A stretch of DNA of 34,158 nt from a virus. Lineage: Duplodnaviria > Caudoviricetes. The DNA lies in IMG/VR virus record IMGVR_UViG_3300020044_002209, positions 1 through 34,158 of that record; one strand, 5' to 3'. Below, in pieces: positions 8,616 to 17,790 of this stretch. Positions within the stretch are counted from its first letter, which is position 1, and every line of letters starts with the position of its first letter. The position numbers and the translations under genes are program-made. The notes under the pieces were generated by a model. That model searched no databases and was not told where the DNA came from. It saw only the letters and a program-made list of their open reading frames with translations.

Positions 8616-10084
8616 TATAGTTTCCCGTAATTAACCATCATATAACCGCTTTCATGCGGCACAATTGCATCTGGCATTACTGTAGCAACTTCATCTGCCA
8701 TTACGCCAAGCTCACGATTGCCAAAAATGTCGTACTCATAAATACCGATTCCAAGTGGGTGAGTGCCAACTTGAACGATATTTGATTTTAAGCGCCGATC
8801 AGAGAATTTAGGTGCAAACATTGCTGCCGTACCCAATGCGCTGAACAATCCTTGAGTCGTTGCGTTATTACCCGCTTGCTGGATACCGTAACGTGACATA
8901 TCAGCCTGCCCTTGAGCCTGCGTACCCGCAAAGGTTGGCGCTGGTGCAACGCTTGTACCCTGATACCCTTGGAACTGTGGCAACTGAATCTGCGATCCAC
9001 CCATAAGCCCAATAACTTCGTTAATTGGTTGCGCCCGTAATGCCAAGTCCTGCGCCAGCTGCTGTTGCTGTGCTGTGTTTTGAAATTGAGCCTTGTTAAG
9101 ACCTTGGCTGTACTGTGTGCCTTGAGTCTGCATACCTTGACCGTAATTTTGACCCATTGCTGTGTTGTACAGGCCTGCGCCTGCTAATTGAGCTTGATTA
9201 GCAAAAGTGCCTAATGTTTGTTGCTCATTTAATCCTTGCTGCCGAGCCGCCATATCCAAGTTAATACCTTGAAGTGCTGCTTGATTGTACAAATCGTTAA
9301 TTTGATTGGCACGATTACGGTAGGCTGCATCGTAAGCTGCTGTGCCAGGCGCTAAACCTTGGTTTGCTAATGCTTGCTTAAATGATGTGTCACCAGCCTC
9401 AATTGTTGGATTTAAACGCTGCAAAATTAAATTTTGTGCGTTTGTTCCCGCATTGATTGGCATCGCTGCAAGATTGCTTGTATCAAGAGAATACTGCAAC
9501 GGGACTTCAGTTTTAGCTGCAAAGTTTTCAGCTAAAGGCACAGCACCATAACCGCCAAAATCTTTTTTAATTTCAGTTGATGTGGGGACAAATGGCTTTG
9601 ATAATGTGTCGTAAGCATTTGCAATGCCTCTTTCACCAAGGTTTGCCAAAGCAGTTTGTACACGTTGCTGTGATTCTAAAGTTTGCTGCGCTTGTGGGGT
9701 CAGCGTTTGGGTAACAGTTGGTTGACCACCACCAGTCATAAACCCTTCACGGGTTGGCGCAGCACCTCGTTTTGCTTGTGCAGCATCAAACCCTGCTTGG
9801 TCAAAATATGTCCCGCCAGTTGTCGTATCGCCTTCTGGGTTGCCTTGCCTCATAAATGTATTACGATCTACGTTGCCGGCGTTGTATTTTGCCAACGCCG
9901 CATCATACGAGGCTTGGTCAAATGTTGGGCTTGAGTAAGAAACAGTTTGATTCCCAAATGGCGTATACATATTTGGGTTAGACATAATGTTCGATTGTTT
10001 AGCCGACGCAAGGTTATCAATACCCTGTTGTTTGGCTGCGCCAACATAATCTGGTGTTGGTGGTGCTGATGCTGACTTACCCAT
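8615..10084 (-). CDS. Ejection/pilot protein with C-terminal intramolecular chaperone (peptidase S74-like) domain
   Basis: MGKSASAPPTPDY start, Gln-rich body, C-terminal FSDRRLKSNI...GVMADEV...GYMMVNYGKL. Confidence 0.8.
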   Translation of the reverse strand: MGKSASAPPTPDYVGAAKQQGIDNLASAKQSNIMSNPNMYTPFGNQTVSYSSPTFDQASYDAALAKYNAGNVDRNTFMRQGNPEGDTTTGGTYFDQAGFDAAQAKRGAAPTREGFMTGGGQPTVTQTLTPQAQQTLESQQRVQTALANLGERGIANAYDTLSKPFVPTSTEIKKDFGGYGAVPLAENFAAKTEVPLQYSLDTSNLAAMPINAGTNAQNLILQRLNPTIEAGDTSFKQALANQGLAPGTAAYDAAYRNRANQINDLYNQAALQGINLDMAARQQGLNEQQTLGTFANQAQLAGAGLYNTAMGQNYGQGMQTQGTQYSQGLNKAQFQNTAQQQQLAQDLALRAQPINEVIGLMGGSQIQLPQFQGYQGTSVAPAPTFAGTQAQGQADMSRYGIQQAGNNATTQGLFSALGTAAMFAPKFSDRRLKSNIVQVGTHPLGIGIYEYDIFGNRELGVMADEVATVMPDAIVPHESGYMMVNYGKL

Positions 10085-10490
10085 TTTCTACCCCTAGAAA
10101 TCGGCAATTTTCTTTTGCCAATGTCAAAAATATAATATCGCCATCCGGTACAGCATCTCTTACCCTTGCTTCTTCAACAAAACCCATCTTAGTAACTAAT
10201 TTTAGGCTTTTTGCATGGGTACTGCTCACCGGCACAATAATCTTTTTTACCTTACAAAACTCAAAAGGATAGTCAAATATCGCTTTTAAATACCCTTTTG
10301 TAATACGTCCTTCAATTGCTATATGACACACAATTGATGCTTGATTCCAATTTTCGTAAATCACGCCTGCAATAATCTGACCGTCACGCTCTAACCCTAT
10401 TGCCTGCGACCCGTCTGCAAAATATTTACCTTGTACTCGCTCTGCTACCCAATGACCTATTTCAGCGCCTTGGACTATATGCCAGCCCAA
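10077..10490 (-). CDS. GNAT-fold acetyltransferase-like virion assembly protein
   Basis: AIFDYPF, SLKLVTKMGFVEEARVR GNAT motifs; position equivalent to T7 gp13. Probable TTG start at 10490 (ORF open to 10523). Confidence 0.75.
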   Translation of the reverse strand: MGWHIVQGAEIGHWVAERVQGKYFADGSQAIGLERDGQIIAGVIYENWNQASIVCHIAIEGRITKGYLKAIFDYPFEFCKVKKIIVPVSSTHAKSLKLVTKMGFVEEARVRDAVPDGDIIFLTLAKENCRFLGVENG

Positions 10491-12010
10491 CCTTGCTGAT
10501 AAACAATGTCCGTTGATGCCCATAGAATTGTCGTTCCTTGAGAGGCAGATTTAAACTGTGTTGCAGCGCAATAACCAATCCCAGTTACGCCTTGCCAATT
10601 GTTTGTGATGACTGTATCTGTAGCCCAATAACCTACATCCCACAATGCAACGTCCCATTTAGCAGATACTTGTGGGCTAAAACTTAGCGCCGCAGTTGTG
10701 TCTGCTAAGTCAAAGTCCATGTTTAAACCAATGAAAATTGACGGTGTGCCGTTTGTAAAGATTGACGGTCTGGCTCTAGTAAAATACTTTTTAACCCCAC
10801 GGGCATCAAAATAATTAAACGCTTGCAACGCATAACCGTTTATATCGCTTGTGTCATCAGCGTAATTGTCATCCCATGCATGGGCAACAAAGCCATTGCC
10901 ACCCCAATACGGCTCATTGTCAAATATTGCCCAACAATTAGCGGCTTGGCCTGTAAAGTTACACCACGATTTTGTGATGTTATTCATTACATATTGCTGT
11001 TGTTGACCTTCAGCAATCGGCACGTTGACAGTCAAAGCATTGTGCTGTGGGTCAAAAATAATATCCCAACCAAAGTTACCGCCATATGATTGTGTTGCGG
11101 CAGTAAATGCGCCTTGAATTTTGTCCGACAACGCAATTCTTGGGTCAAGCCTAGACGATTGCAAACTTGCAGCAAGAGGATACAAACCGTTGTAAGTCAG
11201 CATTAACATATCGCCGCCGTACTTCAGTAAGCATCGCTTGCCAACGGGTCTACCAACCCTCCAAACGCCAATTAACGACCATTTAGTAGAATCTGAGGGA
11301 TCAGTACCCGCCCAAACAATAACCTCGCCATTGGACGTTATAAACACTAGGTTATCGTCTACGCCGTAGCCTGCATCAATCGTCCATGTTCCCACAGCAA
11401 CCAAGAATCCACCAAGTTGGGCAACCGAACTCATGTCAATTGCGGCAGCTGCGCCGGCAATGCTCAAGGTTGGCAAATACCAAGCCTTTAACGAATTATT
11501 TTGTGTAAACCAAACTTGGTTTTTAAAAATTGTGACATTGCTTAAAGTGCTTGCGGTTACGCCAGTAATAGTTGGATTTGTCCATACTGACCCGTCATAC
11601 AGTAACGGCGCATCCACACCATTGACTGCATACAGATAACCACCAGCAGGCGTTGTGACGTTGGTGTATTCCCATTTTGCGTTGGTCAATCCCGTCCTAA
11701 CCGCTGCGCCAACAGCACCGCCGGCAGTACAGTCGTAAATAGACGTTCCTGCAATTGCAAATAATTTGTCAGTTGCACCGCTTGAGTAACCCATCAAAGT
11801 CTGAACTTGACCTGTGATGCCGGTGGAATATTTACTATATCCACCACGCAGCACCACATTATTAACGGTGGGGAACAAGTTGGTTAGTTGAACGGCATCG
11901 AGCGTATCCATGTTTGCAATGGAATCCCGCACGTTCCAACCACCGATAGGCGCTGGCAACGATTGAACCCGAGCCGCTGTACCTTGTACAAGTCGATTAG
12001 GCGCAACCAT
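10475..12010 (-). CDS. Tail nozzle / head-closure protein (P22 gp10 / T7 gp12-like)
   Basis: SLPAPIGGWN start, beta-propeller-like composition, 511 aa, follows the adaptor gene. Confidence 0.75.
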   Translation of the reverse strand: MVAPNRLVQGTAARVQSLPAPIGGWNVRDSIANMDTLDAVQLTNLFPTVNNVVLRGGYSKYSTGITGQVQTLMGYSSGATDKLFAIAGTSIYDCTAGGAVGAAVRTGLTNAKWEYTNVTTPAGGYLYAVNGVDAPLLYDGSVWTNPTITGVTASTLSNVTIFKNQVWFTQNNSLKAWYLPTLSIAGAAAAIDMSSVAQLGGFLVAVGTWTIDAGYGVDDNLVFITSNGEVIVWAGTDPSDSTKWSLIGVWRVGRPVGKRCLLKYGGDMLMLTYNGLYPLAASLQSSRLDPRIALSDKIQGAFTAATQSYGGNFGWDIIFDPQHNALTVNVPIAEGQQQQYVMNNITKSWCNFTGQAANCWAIFDNEPYWGGNGFVAHAWDDNYADDTSDINGYALQAFNYFDARGVKKYFTRARPSIFTNGTPSIFIGLNMDFDLADTTAALSFSPQVSAKWDVALWDVGYWATDTVITNNWQGVTGIGYCAATQFKSASQGTTILWASTDIVYQQGWAGI

Positions 12011-12918
12011 TAGTTTGTTCCGTAGCCAGTATCAGGAATGTTGTCGTAACCGATCAAGACTGTGCCTGGGCGTGGTGCAAACGACAAGTTAGCCGCTGAC
12101 ATATCTTGCGCCCGAACAATCTCAAATTCCTCAATATAGTTGCGGTACATTGCGGTTGTATCAAAGCCTTTAGCTTCAAAATATTTGAGCTTAGTAGCCA
12201 AAACCATTAGTCGATCTGGGTAAATACAGGTGTCTGTGTCGGCAGTAAATGAATTTTTGACAACGCCGGTATCAGATTCTGCCCAACCTTTTGAACGATA
12301 TTCGTAACCAAGTAATTCGTTAGTGGAAACGCCAGGCCAAATTTGAAAGTATTTACCAAACAATCGCCACCGAATCCGTGGGCCGGTTGAAATAAACCCT
12401 GATAAGAGCCATTCCCATTGTTGTGGACTCTCTGGCCCTAACATTTCCCAATGCTTGCTGAGATCCCACATAGTGCGTGGCACAGCTGATTCGTAATCCG
12501 TAGGTAAATCGTACTTTACCTTTTCAAAGGTAATCGTAGCGCCTGTGTACGTGCCTGTGGAGGGCAAATTAACCGTTACTTGCGTAGCAGAGTCAACTGT
12601 TTCAATGTAACAAGCGTTTGAAATCCCATTGCCAACGACCTGATACGTTGAATCAAGCCCAGCAGTCGATGGGATGCCGGTGATGGTGTAAGTATTTGCG
12701 GTTACATTGCCCGTTGTTTGAGTGTATTCACTCGTAAACGTGTACCGTTTCGTTAATTGCCGCCAGTCATGCTTTCGCAAAAACTCATAACCGGCTGCGT
12801 TCATCAGCGCCAAGATTTGAATTACATCTTGGTTTGTATTCGATGCCACAGTAGTTGGCGTTGATACACCCAATTCATTGGTAACTTGGGTGACTAGCTG
12901 TAGCATCGTTGATGACAT
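12010..12918 (-). CDS. Head-tail adaptor / tail tubular protein A-like, with Thr-rich beta insertion
   Basis: Helical N- and C-termini (LLQ/NELG, HDWRQL, YDLPTDY, FQIWP) flank a Thr-rich insert; podoviral gene order. Confidence 0.7.
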   Translation of the reverse strand: MSSTMLQLVTQVTNELGVSTPTTVASNTNQDVIQILALMNAAGYEFLRKHDWRQLTKRYTFTSEYTQTTGNVTANTYTITGIPSTAGLDSTYQVVGNGISNACYIETVDSATQVTVNLPSTGTYTGATITFEKVKYDLPTDYESAVPRTMWDLSKHWEMLGPESPQQWEWLLSGFISTGPRIRWRLFGKYFQIWPGVSTNELLGYEYRSKGWAESDTGVVKNSFTADTDTCIYPDRLMVLATKLKYFEAKGFDTTAMYRNYIEEFEIVRAQDMSAANLSFAPRPGTVLIGYDNIPDTGYGTN

Positions 12919-13455
12919 TTATTCCTCTTTTTTTGGCCTCCCAACCTTCTTTTCCGACAACTGAGCCATCAAAGCCGCCATTTGCTCTTTGACTTGAGCA
13001 AGTTCCTGCTTGGTGTTTTCAATCTCAGTCTGGCTTGAAGATTGGTTTTTAACTTGCAAATAACGCCTTGCCAACTCTCGCAAGCCCATCGCACCCATGC
13101 CAATACGCTGCAATTGGTTATCGGTAGCGGTAGCAACTTGCTCAACGGTCTGAAACTTAAAGATTTGCAATTCTGCCATCTGCATATCGTTAAAGTTTTC
13201 AGGATCGTCTTGTACCCATTGTTTCAGCGGCACACCAATAACTTCTGCGTTATTGTTTTGCATCTGAAAGTGCAACCATTGACGAGGGAAACGTCTTTTG
13301 TGATCTTCCCGAACGGGTTGATCAACAATGTTCGTTTTGTCCCCTGGCACTATGATTCTAACAAACGGCTTTTCTTTATACGGTTCTTTGTCGTAAACGT
13401 AAAATTCAACGTGCAAATGGTTGTCTGCGCTGTGAATATCGCTGTCTAAAGCCAA
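12919..13455 (-). CDS. Hypothetical phage protein (HhH-like segment plus coiled coil)
   Basis: TTG start; TVEQVATATDNQLQRIGMG resembles HhH repeats; C-terminal coiled coil and KKVGRPKK tail. Confidence 0.75.
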   Translation of the reverse strand: MALDSDIHSADNHLHVEFYVYDKEPYKEKPFVRIIVPGDKTNIVDQPVREDHKRRFPRQWLHFQMQNNNAEVIGVPLKQWVQDDPENFNDMQMAELQIFKFQTVEQVATATDNQLQRIGMGAMGLRELARRYLQVKNQSSSQTEIENTKQELAQVKEQMAALMAQLSEKKVGRPKKEE

Positions 13456-13456
13456 T

Positions 13457-13819
13457 TTAAGCCCCTGTGATTGTTACCCATGTAGTTGCGGAAGTTGCTT
13501 TTACCAACATTGTTTTAGCCGTTGCAAGCGAAACACTTGCGGCAGCTGCGTTCATTGTAGTGCTTGTATTGTAAGGATAAACTGTAATTGTCTGACCCGA
13601 ATCATTACGAATAATCATTTCAGCGCCAGTTTCGCAAGGTGGCAACTTAACGCCAGTCGATGCTGCTGAAGTTGTAATTGTGTTATTTGACACATTAAGC
13701 TGCAAAGCATCTGCTGCGGTTGTGCCAGTAGCGACTAGGCCGACAGCGCCTTCGCCACAAATTACTTGAGCCGTTAACGATGAATTGCCTGCGCCCATAA
13801 TTCTTGATGGAAATGCCAT
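13457..13819 (-). CDS. Small Thr/Ala-rich structural protein (decoration-like)
   Basis: SD AAGGA upstream; beta-rich T/A/S composition; located in the head module. Confidence 0.7.
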   Translation of the reverse strand: MAFPSRIMGAGNSSLTAQVICGEGAVGLVATGTTAADALQLNVSNNTITTSAASTGVKLPPCETGAEMIIRNDSGQTITVYPYNTSTTMNAAAASVSLATAKTMLVKATSATTWVTITGA

Positions 13820-13834
13820 GATAATCCTTAAAGT

Positions 13835-14602
13835 TTAGTTACTCATCGCTTTTGCCATTTCGTGCAAAAGTCCATCGCCACATACTTCAATCGTAACATC
13901 GTCAAAGCCTGCTACGACATTCTGAAAATCTGTTACCTGTTGTGCCATCCATGGCGCACATTTGTACGTCACATCGTTAATCATAGCGTCAATTACACGT
14001 TCAGCGTCATTACTTTCTTGCTTGTAAGCATGGTGTTCGCCATTTCGATAGCTTGAATCCATGCCAAACATAAAAATGCGCTTAAAACCTTGCAACCTAG
14101 CCAATATCAACGACAAGATGCCAACAGTTGTAAACCCGCCCATCAAATGAACTGGTCGAGCCTTTTCATGCTCAAGCAACTCATAAACGCCAGGCGTATT
14201 GGCGTGAACTAGCACCACTTTGTAACCTTCCAACGCATCAAATACTGTATCGTCGCATTGGCTAGTAATGTAAAACGTAGTCGATTGCTGTGGATTCTGA
14301 ACAAATCTCACGTTCTCTGGTCGAGCGTCAAGCATCACCATTACATCAGGAATGATGCCTTGCCCAATCATGTAATCGTAAGAGCCATTCATCGCCCAAA
14401 CTTTAGCGCCGTTTTGGTGGCGTAACCGCAACTGGTCAATCGTGTCAACCAGACTTGGCCCACCACCAACAAGGCATACGCTGCCTTGGGATGACTCGTC
14501 AAAATCAAACCAAGGCAGCGACCTTTTTACAGATCGCTGCACATTGCCCAACAAAACGTCAGGCTCTGTGTTCCCTACCACGTCAAGTACAGCTTCAATC
14601 AT
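13835..14602 (-). CDS. DUF115 / Maf (MptE-like) family transferase
   Basis: VCLVGGGPSL, PDVMVMLD, GGFTTVG and GFKRIFMFGMDSSY motifs of the Maf/CstII-like fold. Confidence 0.8.
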   Translation of the reverse strand: MIEAVLDVVGNTEPDVLLGNVQRSVKRSLPWFDFDESSQGSVCLVGGGPSLVDTIDQLRLRHQNGAKVWAMNGSYDYMIGQGIIPDVMVMLDARPENVRFVQNPQQSTTFYITSQCDDTVFDALEGYKVVLVHANTPGVYELLEHEKARPVHLMGGFTTVGILSLILARLQGFKRIFMFGMDSSYRNGEHHAYKQESNDAERVIDAMINDVTYKCAPWMAQQVTDFQNVVAGFDDVTIEVCGDGLLHEMAKAMSN

Positions 14603-15136
14603 TTAGGTGATCTGTGACTGGAGATGTGGACGGTTGATAGTAACGGTAATGGTTGAAGTCGTAGATGTGACGGTAGTCAGGTTGGCTGAACGAGCAGCAA
14701 CAACTTGCAGACCGGCAGATGCCAAGACTTTTACACGACCGGCTGTAGCCGACAAGAACAGAGTGACGTTAGGTGCAACGGTCACAGCAGTTTTCTTGAT
14801 GACTGCATTACCAGCAATTTGATACCAACCATAAAGACCCGCTGTGCAAGCCGACATAGCGACTGCAACAGGCACGTCTTGAACGGCGGTGTTGACAACC
14901 AAAGTTGTTTGGTAAGTTGTAGCGTTGTAACGCACAACAGAACCAACAACAGTTGATGCCACGCCTAACAGCAGGATGAACTCACCCTCGCCGTAAACTG
15001 GATCAAATGCACGAACAATGCTGCCTAAAACTGCTGGGGGCGTTGGGATAGTTGTGCCGCCTGCTGTAGTAGTACCAGAGTCCGTTTGGTTGATTTGCAG
15101 GAGTCCTGCACGGGGTTCGTCGAATGTATATGCCAT
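14603..15136 (-). CDS. Capsid decoration/cement protein
   Basis: Immediately follows the capsid gene with SD AAGGAA; DPVYGEGEFI and YGWYQIAG motifs; Thr-rich. Confidence 0.75.
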   Translation of the reverse strand: MAYTFDEPRAGLLQINQTDSGTTTAGGTTIPTPPAVLGSIVRAFDPVYGEGEFILLLGVASTVVGSVVRYNATTYQTTLVVNTAVQDVPVAVAMSACTAGLYGWYQIAGNAVIKKTAVTVAPNVTLFLSATAGRVKVLASAGLQVVAARSANLTTVTSTTSTITVTINRPHLQSQIT

Positions 15137-15147
15137 GATGGTTTCCT

Positions 15148-16149
15148 TTAAGCGATCAGAACGCCGCAGAATTGCGGGCCTGAAGAAGTGAGGTTGCCGG
15201 CAAATCCGATGAGCTTAACGATTGCGTCTTGGTTGACTGCTTGACGCTCGCCGCCGATTGGCACGAAATTACGATCAGCGTGTGGACGGAACATGATGTA
15301 CTTAGTGTTCAAGAACCACATATGGTTTGCAGTTGCATCGTTACCGATACCACCGTCAAGAACCACATCTGATGCCATACCAGCGCCGTAGTATTTCAAC
15401 GATGCAAAGCCTGCGCCAGCTGACGAATTGCCGCCGTCTGTGATGCGTTGGATTGACTGCAACGATTGCAAATACAATTTGTAATAGTTGTTGTCGCAAA
15501 CGATCAGATCAGGTTTGTCTGTTCCACGAATCAGCTGAACAGCCAAAGCATCCATATATGCTTGGATGTTTGATGGTGAAACAGCAGAGCCGCCGTTAGT
15601 TACGCCTGAGTAAGCAACAGATTGCCAAAACGTGAAAGTTGCACGATTGATGCCGCCGTAAGTACCGGTGCTTGGTGCATCAGGAACAGCAGCGCCGAGG
15701 CCTGTGATGTTCTTGCCTGAGTTACCAGTACCGTCTAGGTAAATGTCACCCGAAATACGGTTAGCCAATTGTGCTTCAGCCACGTTCATACGACCATCGA
15801 GCAAGTCAATGATTGCTTCTTTGCCGCTGTTTTGAATCATCTCCAGACCGCTAATCGAAACTGCCGATGCGTACTGGGTGATGCTGAACTGGGCAGCAGA
15901 AATTGGGCTGTTTTGACTGACGTTCAAGACTTCATAACCCGAATATGAGTTAGTGTTGTCTGTTGCGCTGTCGTTATACATGATCTCTTGCAAAATCACG
16001 TTACCGCCAGAAAACGTCTTTACGTTGCCACGTTCTTTCAAACGGCGCAGTAAAGCGTTGTTATTTGTTACGTTGTCAGCAAGTTCACCTGTGCGGCTTT
16101 GAATGTTAGTCGCAATGATGTCGCTGATCGAGCTATTGGCAAATGCCAT
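15148..16149 (-). CDS. Major capsid protein
   Basis: 333 aa after the scaffold, SD GGAG; ADNVTNNNALLRRL, NSGKEAIIDLL and GTYGGINRAT are typical of podoviral coat proteins. Confidence 0.9.
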   Translation of the reverse strand: MAFANSSISDIIATNIQSRTGELADNVTNNNALLRRLKERGNVKTFSGGNVILQEIMYNDSATDNTNSYSGYEVLNVSQNSPISAAQFSITQYASAVSISGLEMIQNSGKEAIIDLLDGRMNVAEAQLANRISGDIYLDGTGNSGKNITGLGAAVPDAPSTGTYGGINRATFTFWQSVAYSGVTNGGSAVSPSNIQAYMDALAVQLIRGTDKPDLIVCDNNYYKLYLQSLQSIQRITDGGNSSAGAGFASLKYYGAGMASDVVLDGGIGNDATANHMWFLNTKYIMFRPHADRNFVPIGGERQAVNQDAIVKLIGFAGNLTSSGPQFCGVLIA

Positions 16150-16169
16150 AGTAATCTCCGATTAGGTTA

Positions 16170-17087
16170 TCAAAAACGCTCATTAAGATTGTCAAATTGC
16201 TCTAACAATAATGAACGCCTATCTTGCGCTTTGGTACTCGTTGCCGCCCCTGGTGTGGAACTTTTAACGCTGACCGCTGCCGCCCGAGCCGCTTTCGCTG
16301 CCCTGTTCGATTGTTCCCGTTTCGCTGCATCTGCTTGACCCTGTGAGGCTTGCTGATGTTTCGTAAACAGGTCGTTATCTAGGCGTATTGCCTTTTGATA
16401 CGCATCATCCAAGTCCTTTGCCACACCGCTGTTAAGCAGTTGGATCATTGTTGGACGTGCTTCCTCAAAATACTCTGCTTTTGTTTGAAATTGTGTAATT
16501 TCTTGCAAAAGTGCTTGATTTTGTGCTGCTTCCTGCTGTTGCTTCCAATTTAACACCTCGCCACGAACTTGTGCAAGCTCGTTTTGAATTGCGTAAAAAT
16601 TGGGGTCAGTTGGTTGAATCTGCACATCGCCCATATTGATCCCGTACTGTTGGGCTAATTGGGCAAAATATGCTTGTTTTTGTTGTGGCGAACCGTGGCG
16701 TAAGACGTTATCAGCCTCCATCAAGGCTTTGACTGCCTGCGGTGCTTCAATGCCAAGCCCACGGATGTTTTGCATATAAGGCTCAATGGCCTGCTGCATT
16801 TGATCGGCAAATTGGGCTTTTGAAAGCAACGGCTGAACCCCTGCTTTCATTTCTTCTTCACGTTTCCAAGCGTATTCTTTCAGTTTTGGATCAGCGGTTG
16901 TCCAGGCTTCGTGATAATCCTTCTTCCACGATGCCGGCGGTCTTTCCCAAACTGGAGGCTCTGCCGGTGGCTCAAGATCGGGTCCGGTCTGAGTCTTTAC
17001 TAGTTCGACGGGTGCTTCATTCTGAACTTCGTCGAACTGCTGTGACAGTAATTCTCGACGGTCTAATTCAGGATTTTCCAATTGCAT
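16170..17087 (-). CDS. Scaffolding protein
   Basis: Acidic N-terminus, PPASWKK motif, Gln-rich coiled coil, basic AAKAARAAA tail; directly upstream of the capsid gene. Confidence 0.8.
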   Translation of the reverse strand: MQLENPELDRRELLSQQFDEVQNEAPVELVKTQTGPDLEPPAEPPVWERPPASWKKDYHEAWTTADPKLKEYAWKREEEMKAGVQPLLSKAQFADQMQQAIEPYMQNIRGLGIEAPQAVKALMEADNVLRHGSPQQKQAYFAQLAQQYGINMGDVQIQPTDPNFYAIQNELAQVRGEVLNWKQQQEAAQNQALLQEITQFQTKAEYFEEARPTMIQLLNSGVAKDLDDAYQKAIRLDNDLFTKHQQASQGQADAAKREQSNRAAKAARAAAVSVKSSTPGAATSTKAQDRRSLLLEQFDNLNERF

Positions 17088-17093
17088 ACCCCT

Positions 17094-17414
17094 TTAGGTA
17101 AATTTACGGCGTAGTTGTGAAAGAATTTGATTTGCTTGTTTATGCGTCATGTTGCCCAGTTGCTGCCGCATAACTTCCCGCCGAGTGTCCTTTGGCGGTG
17201 GCAACTTGGTTTCCATCTTTTCGTTTCCCACCTCAATGCAGCCATGCTGTCGTAAGTGGTCACGATGCACCGAACGGCTTGTAATCATTGAACCGTCGAT
17301 CATGGATTTGTATGGTTGAATGTCTGGCATCACCATTGGGCCAAGGCTCTCGTAATGCTCTTTTGAGCCTTTCTCAACCAGTTCGCCATTAACGTATATG
17401 TAAGTTTTCTTCAT
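17094..17414 (-). CDS. Hypothetical phage protein
   Basis: PDIQPYKSMIDGSMITSRSVHRDHLRQHGCIEVGNE; ATGA overlap with the upstream gene. Confidence 0.75.
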   Translation of the reverse strand: MKKTYIYVNGELVEKGSKEHYESLGPMVMPDIQPYKSMIDGSMITSRSVHRDHLRQHGCIEVGNEKMETKLPPPKDTRREVMRQQLGNMTHKQANQILSQLRRKFT

Positions 17415-17782
17415 ATTAGTAATAAAACGTCCTCATCGTCCATTTCAAGATAAGCATTATAAATCTGCTCAACTTTGTCAAAACTAGCAAGCATTGCATC
17501 GTAATTGATGACCGCTGGCGCTTGAATTGTGGCTTTTGAAATAACAAACGGTTGGGCAATTTCCTCTGCCAATTCAGGTTTGCCTTCAACAATTTGCTCA
17601 AATAGTTTTAATACCTCATCACGCCGAGCTTTAGCTTTTGTTGCCTCTTTCTTGCGATATTCTTCTTCTGCCTTTTTGCGTTTGCCACCATCGTGCATAT
17701 CCATTTCTATAATTATCGGAGGAATAATTACAGACGGGATTCCCGCAAATGGTAACGCAGCAAAAGCAGAAAATCCAAACAT
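17411..17782 (-). CDS. Hypothetical protein with MFGFSAFAALPFA N-terminus
   Basis: SD AGGA; hydrophobic N-terminal motif often found beside fibre genes, followed by a charged helical domain. Confidence 0.7.
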   Translation of the reverse strand: MFGFSAFAALPFAGIPSVIIPPIIIEMDMHDGGKRKKAEEEYRKKEATKAKARRDEVLKLFEQIVEGKPELAEEIAQPFVISKATIQAPAVINYDAMLASFDKVEQIYNAYLEMDDEDVLLLI

Positions 17783-17790
17783 TTAATATC

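Noticed and set aside
14597-14608. In-frame TAA-ATG junction suggesting read-through fusion of decoration protein and Maf-like enzyme (similar junction at 12918/12919)
   Set aside because: UAA is rarely read through and no recoding signal is visible; translational coupling is sufficient.
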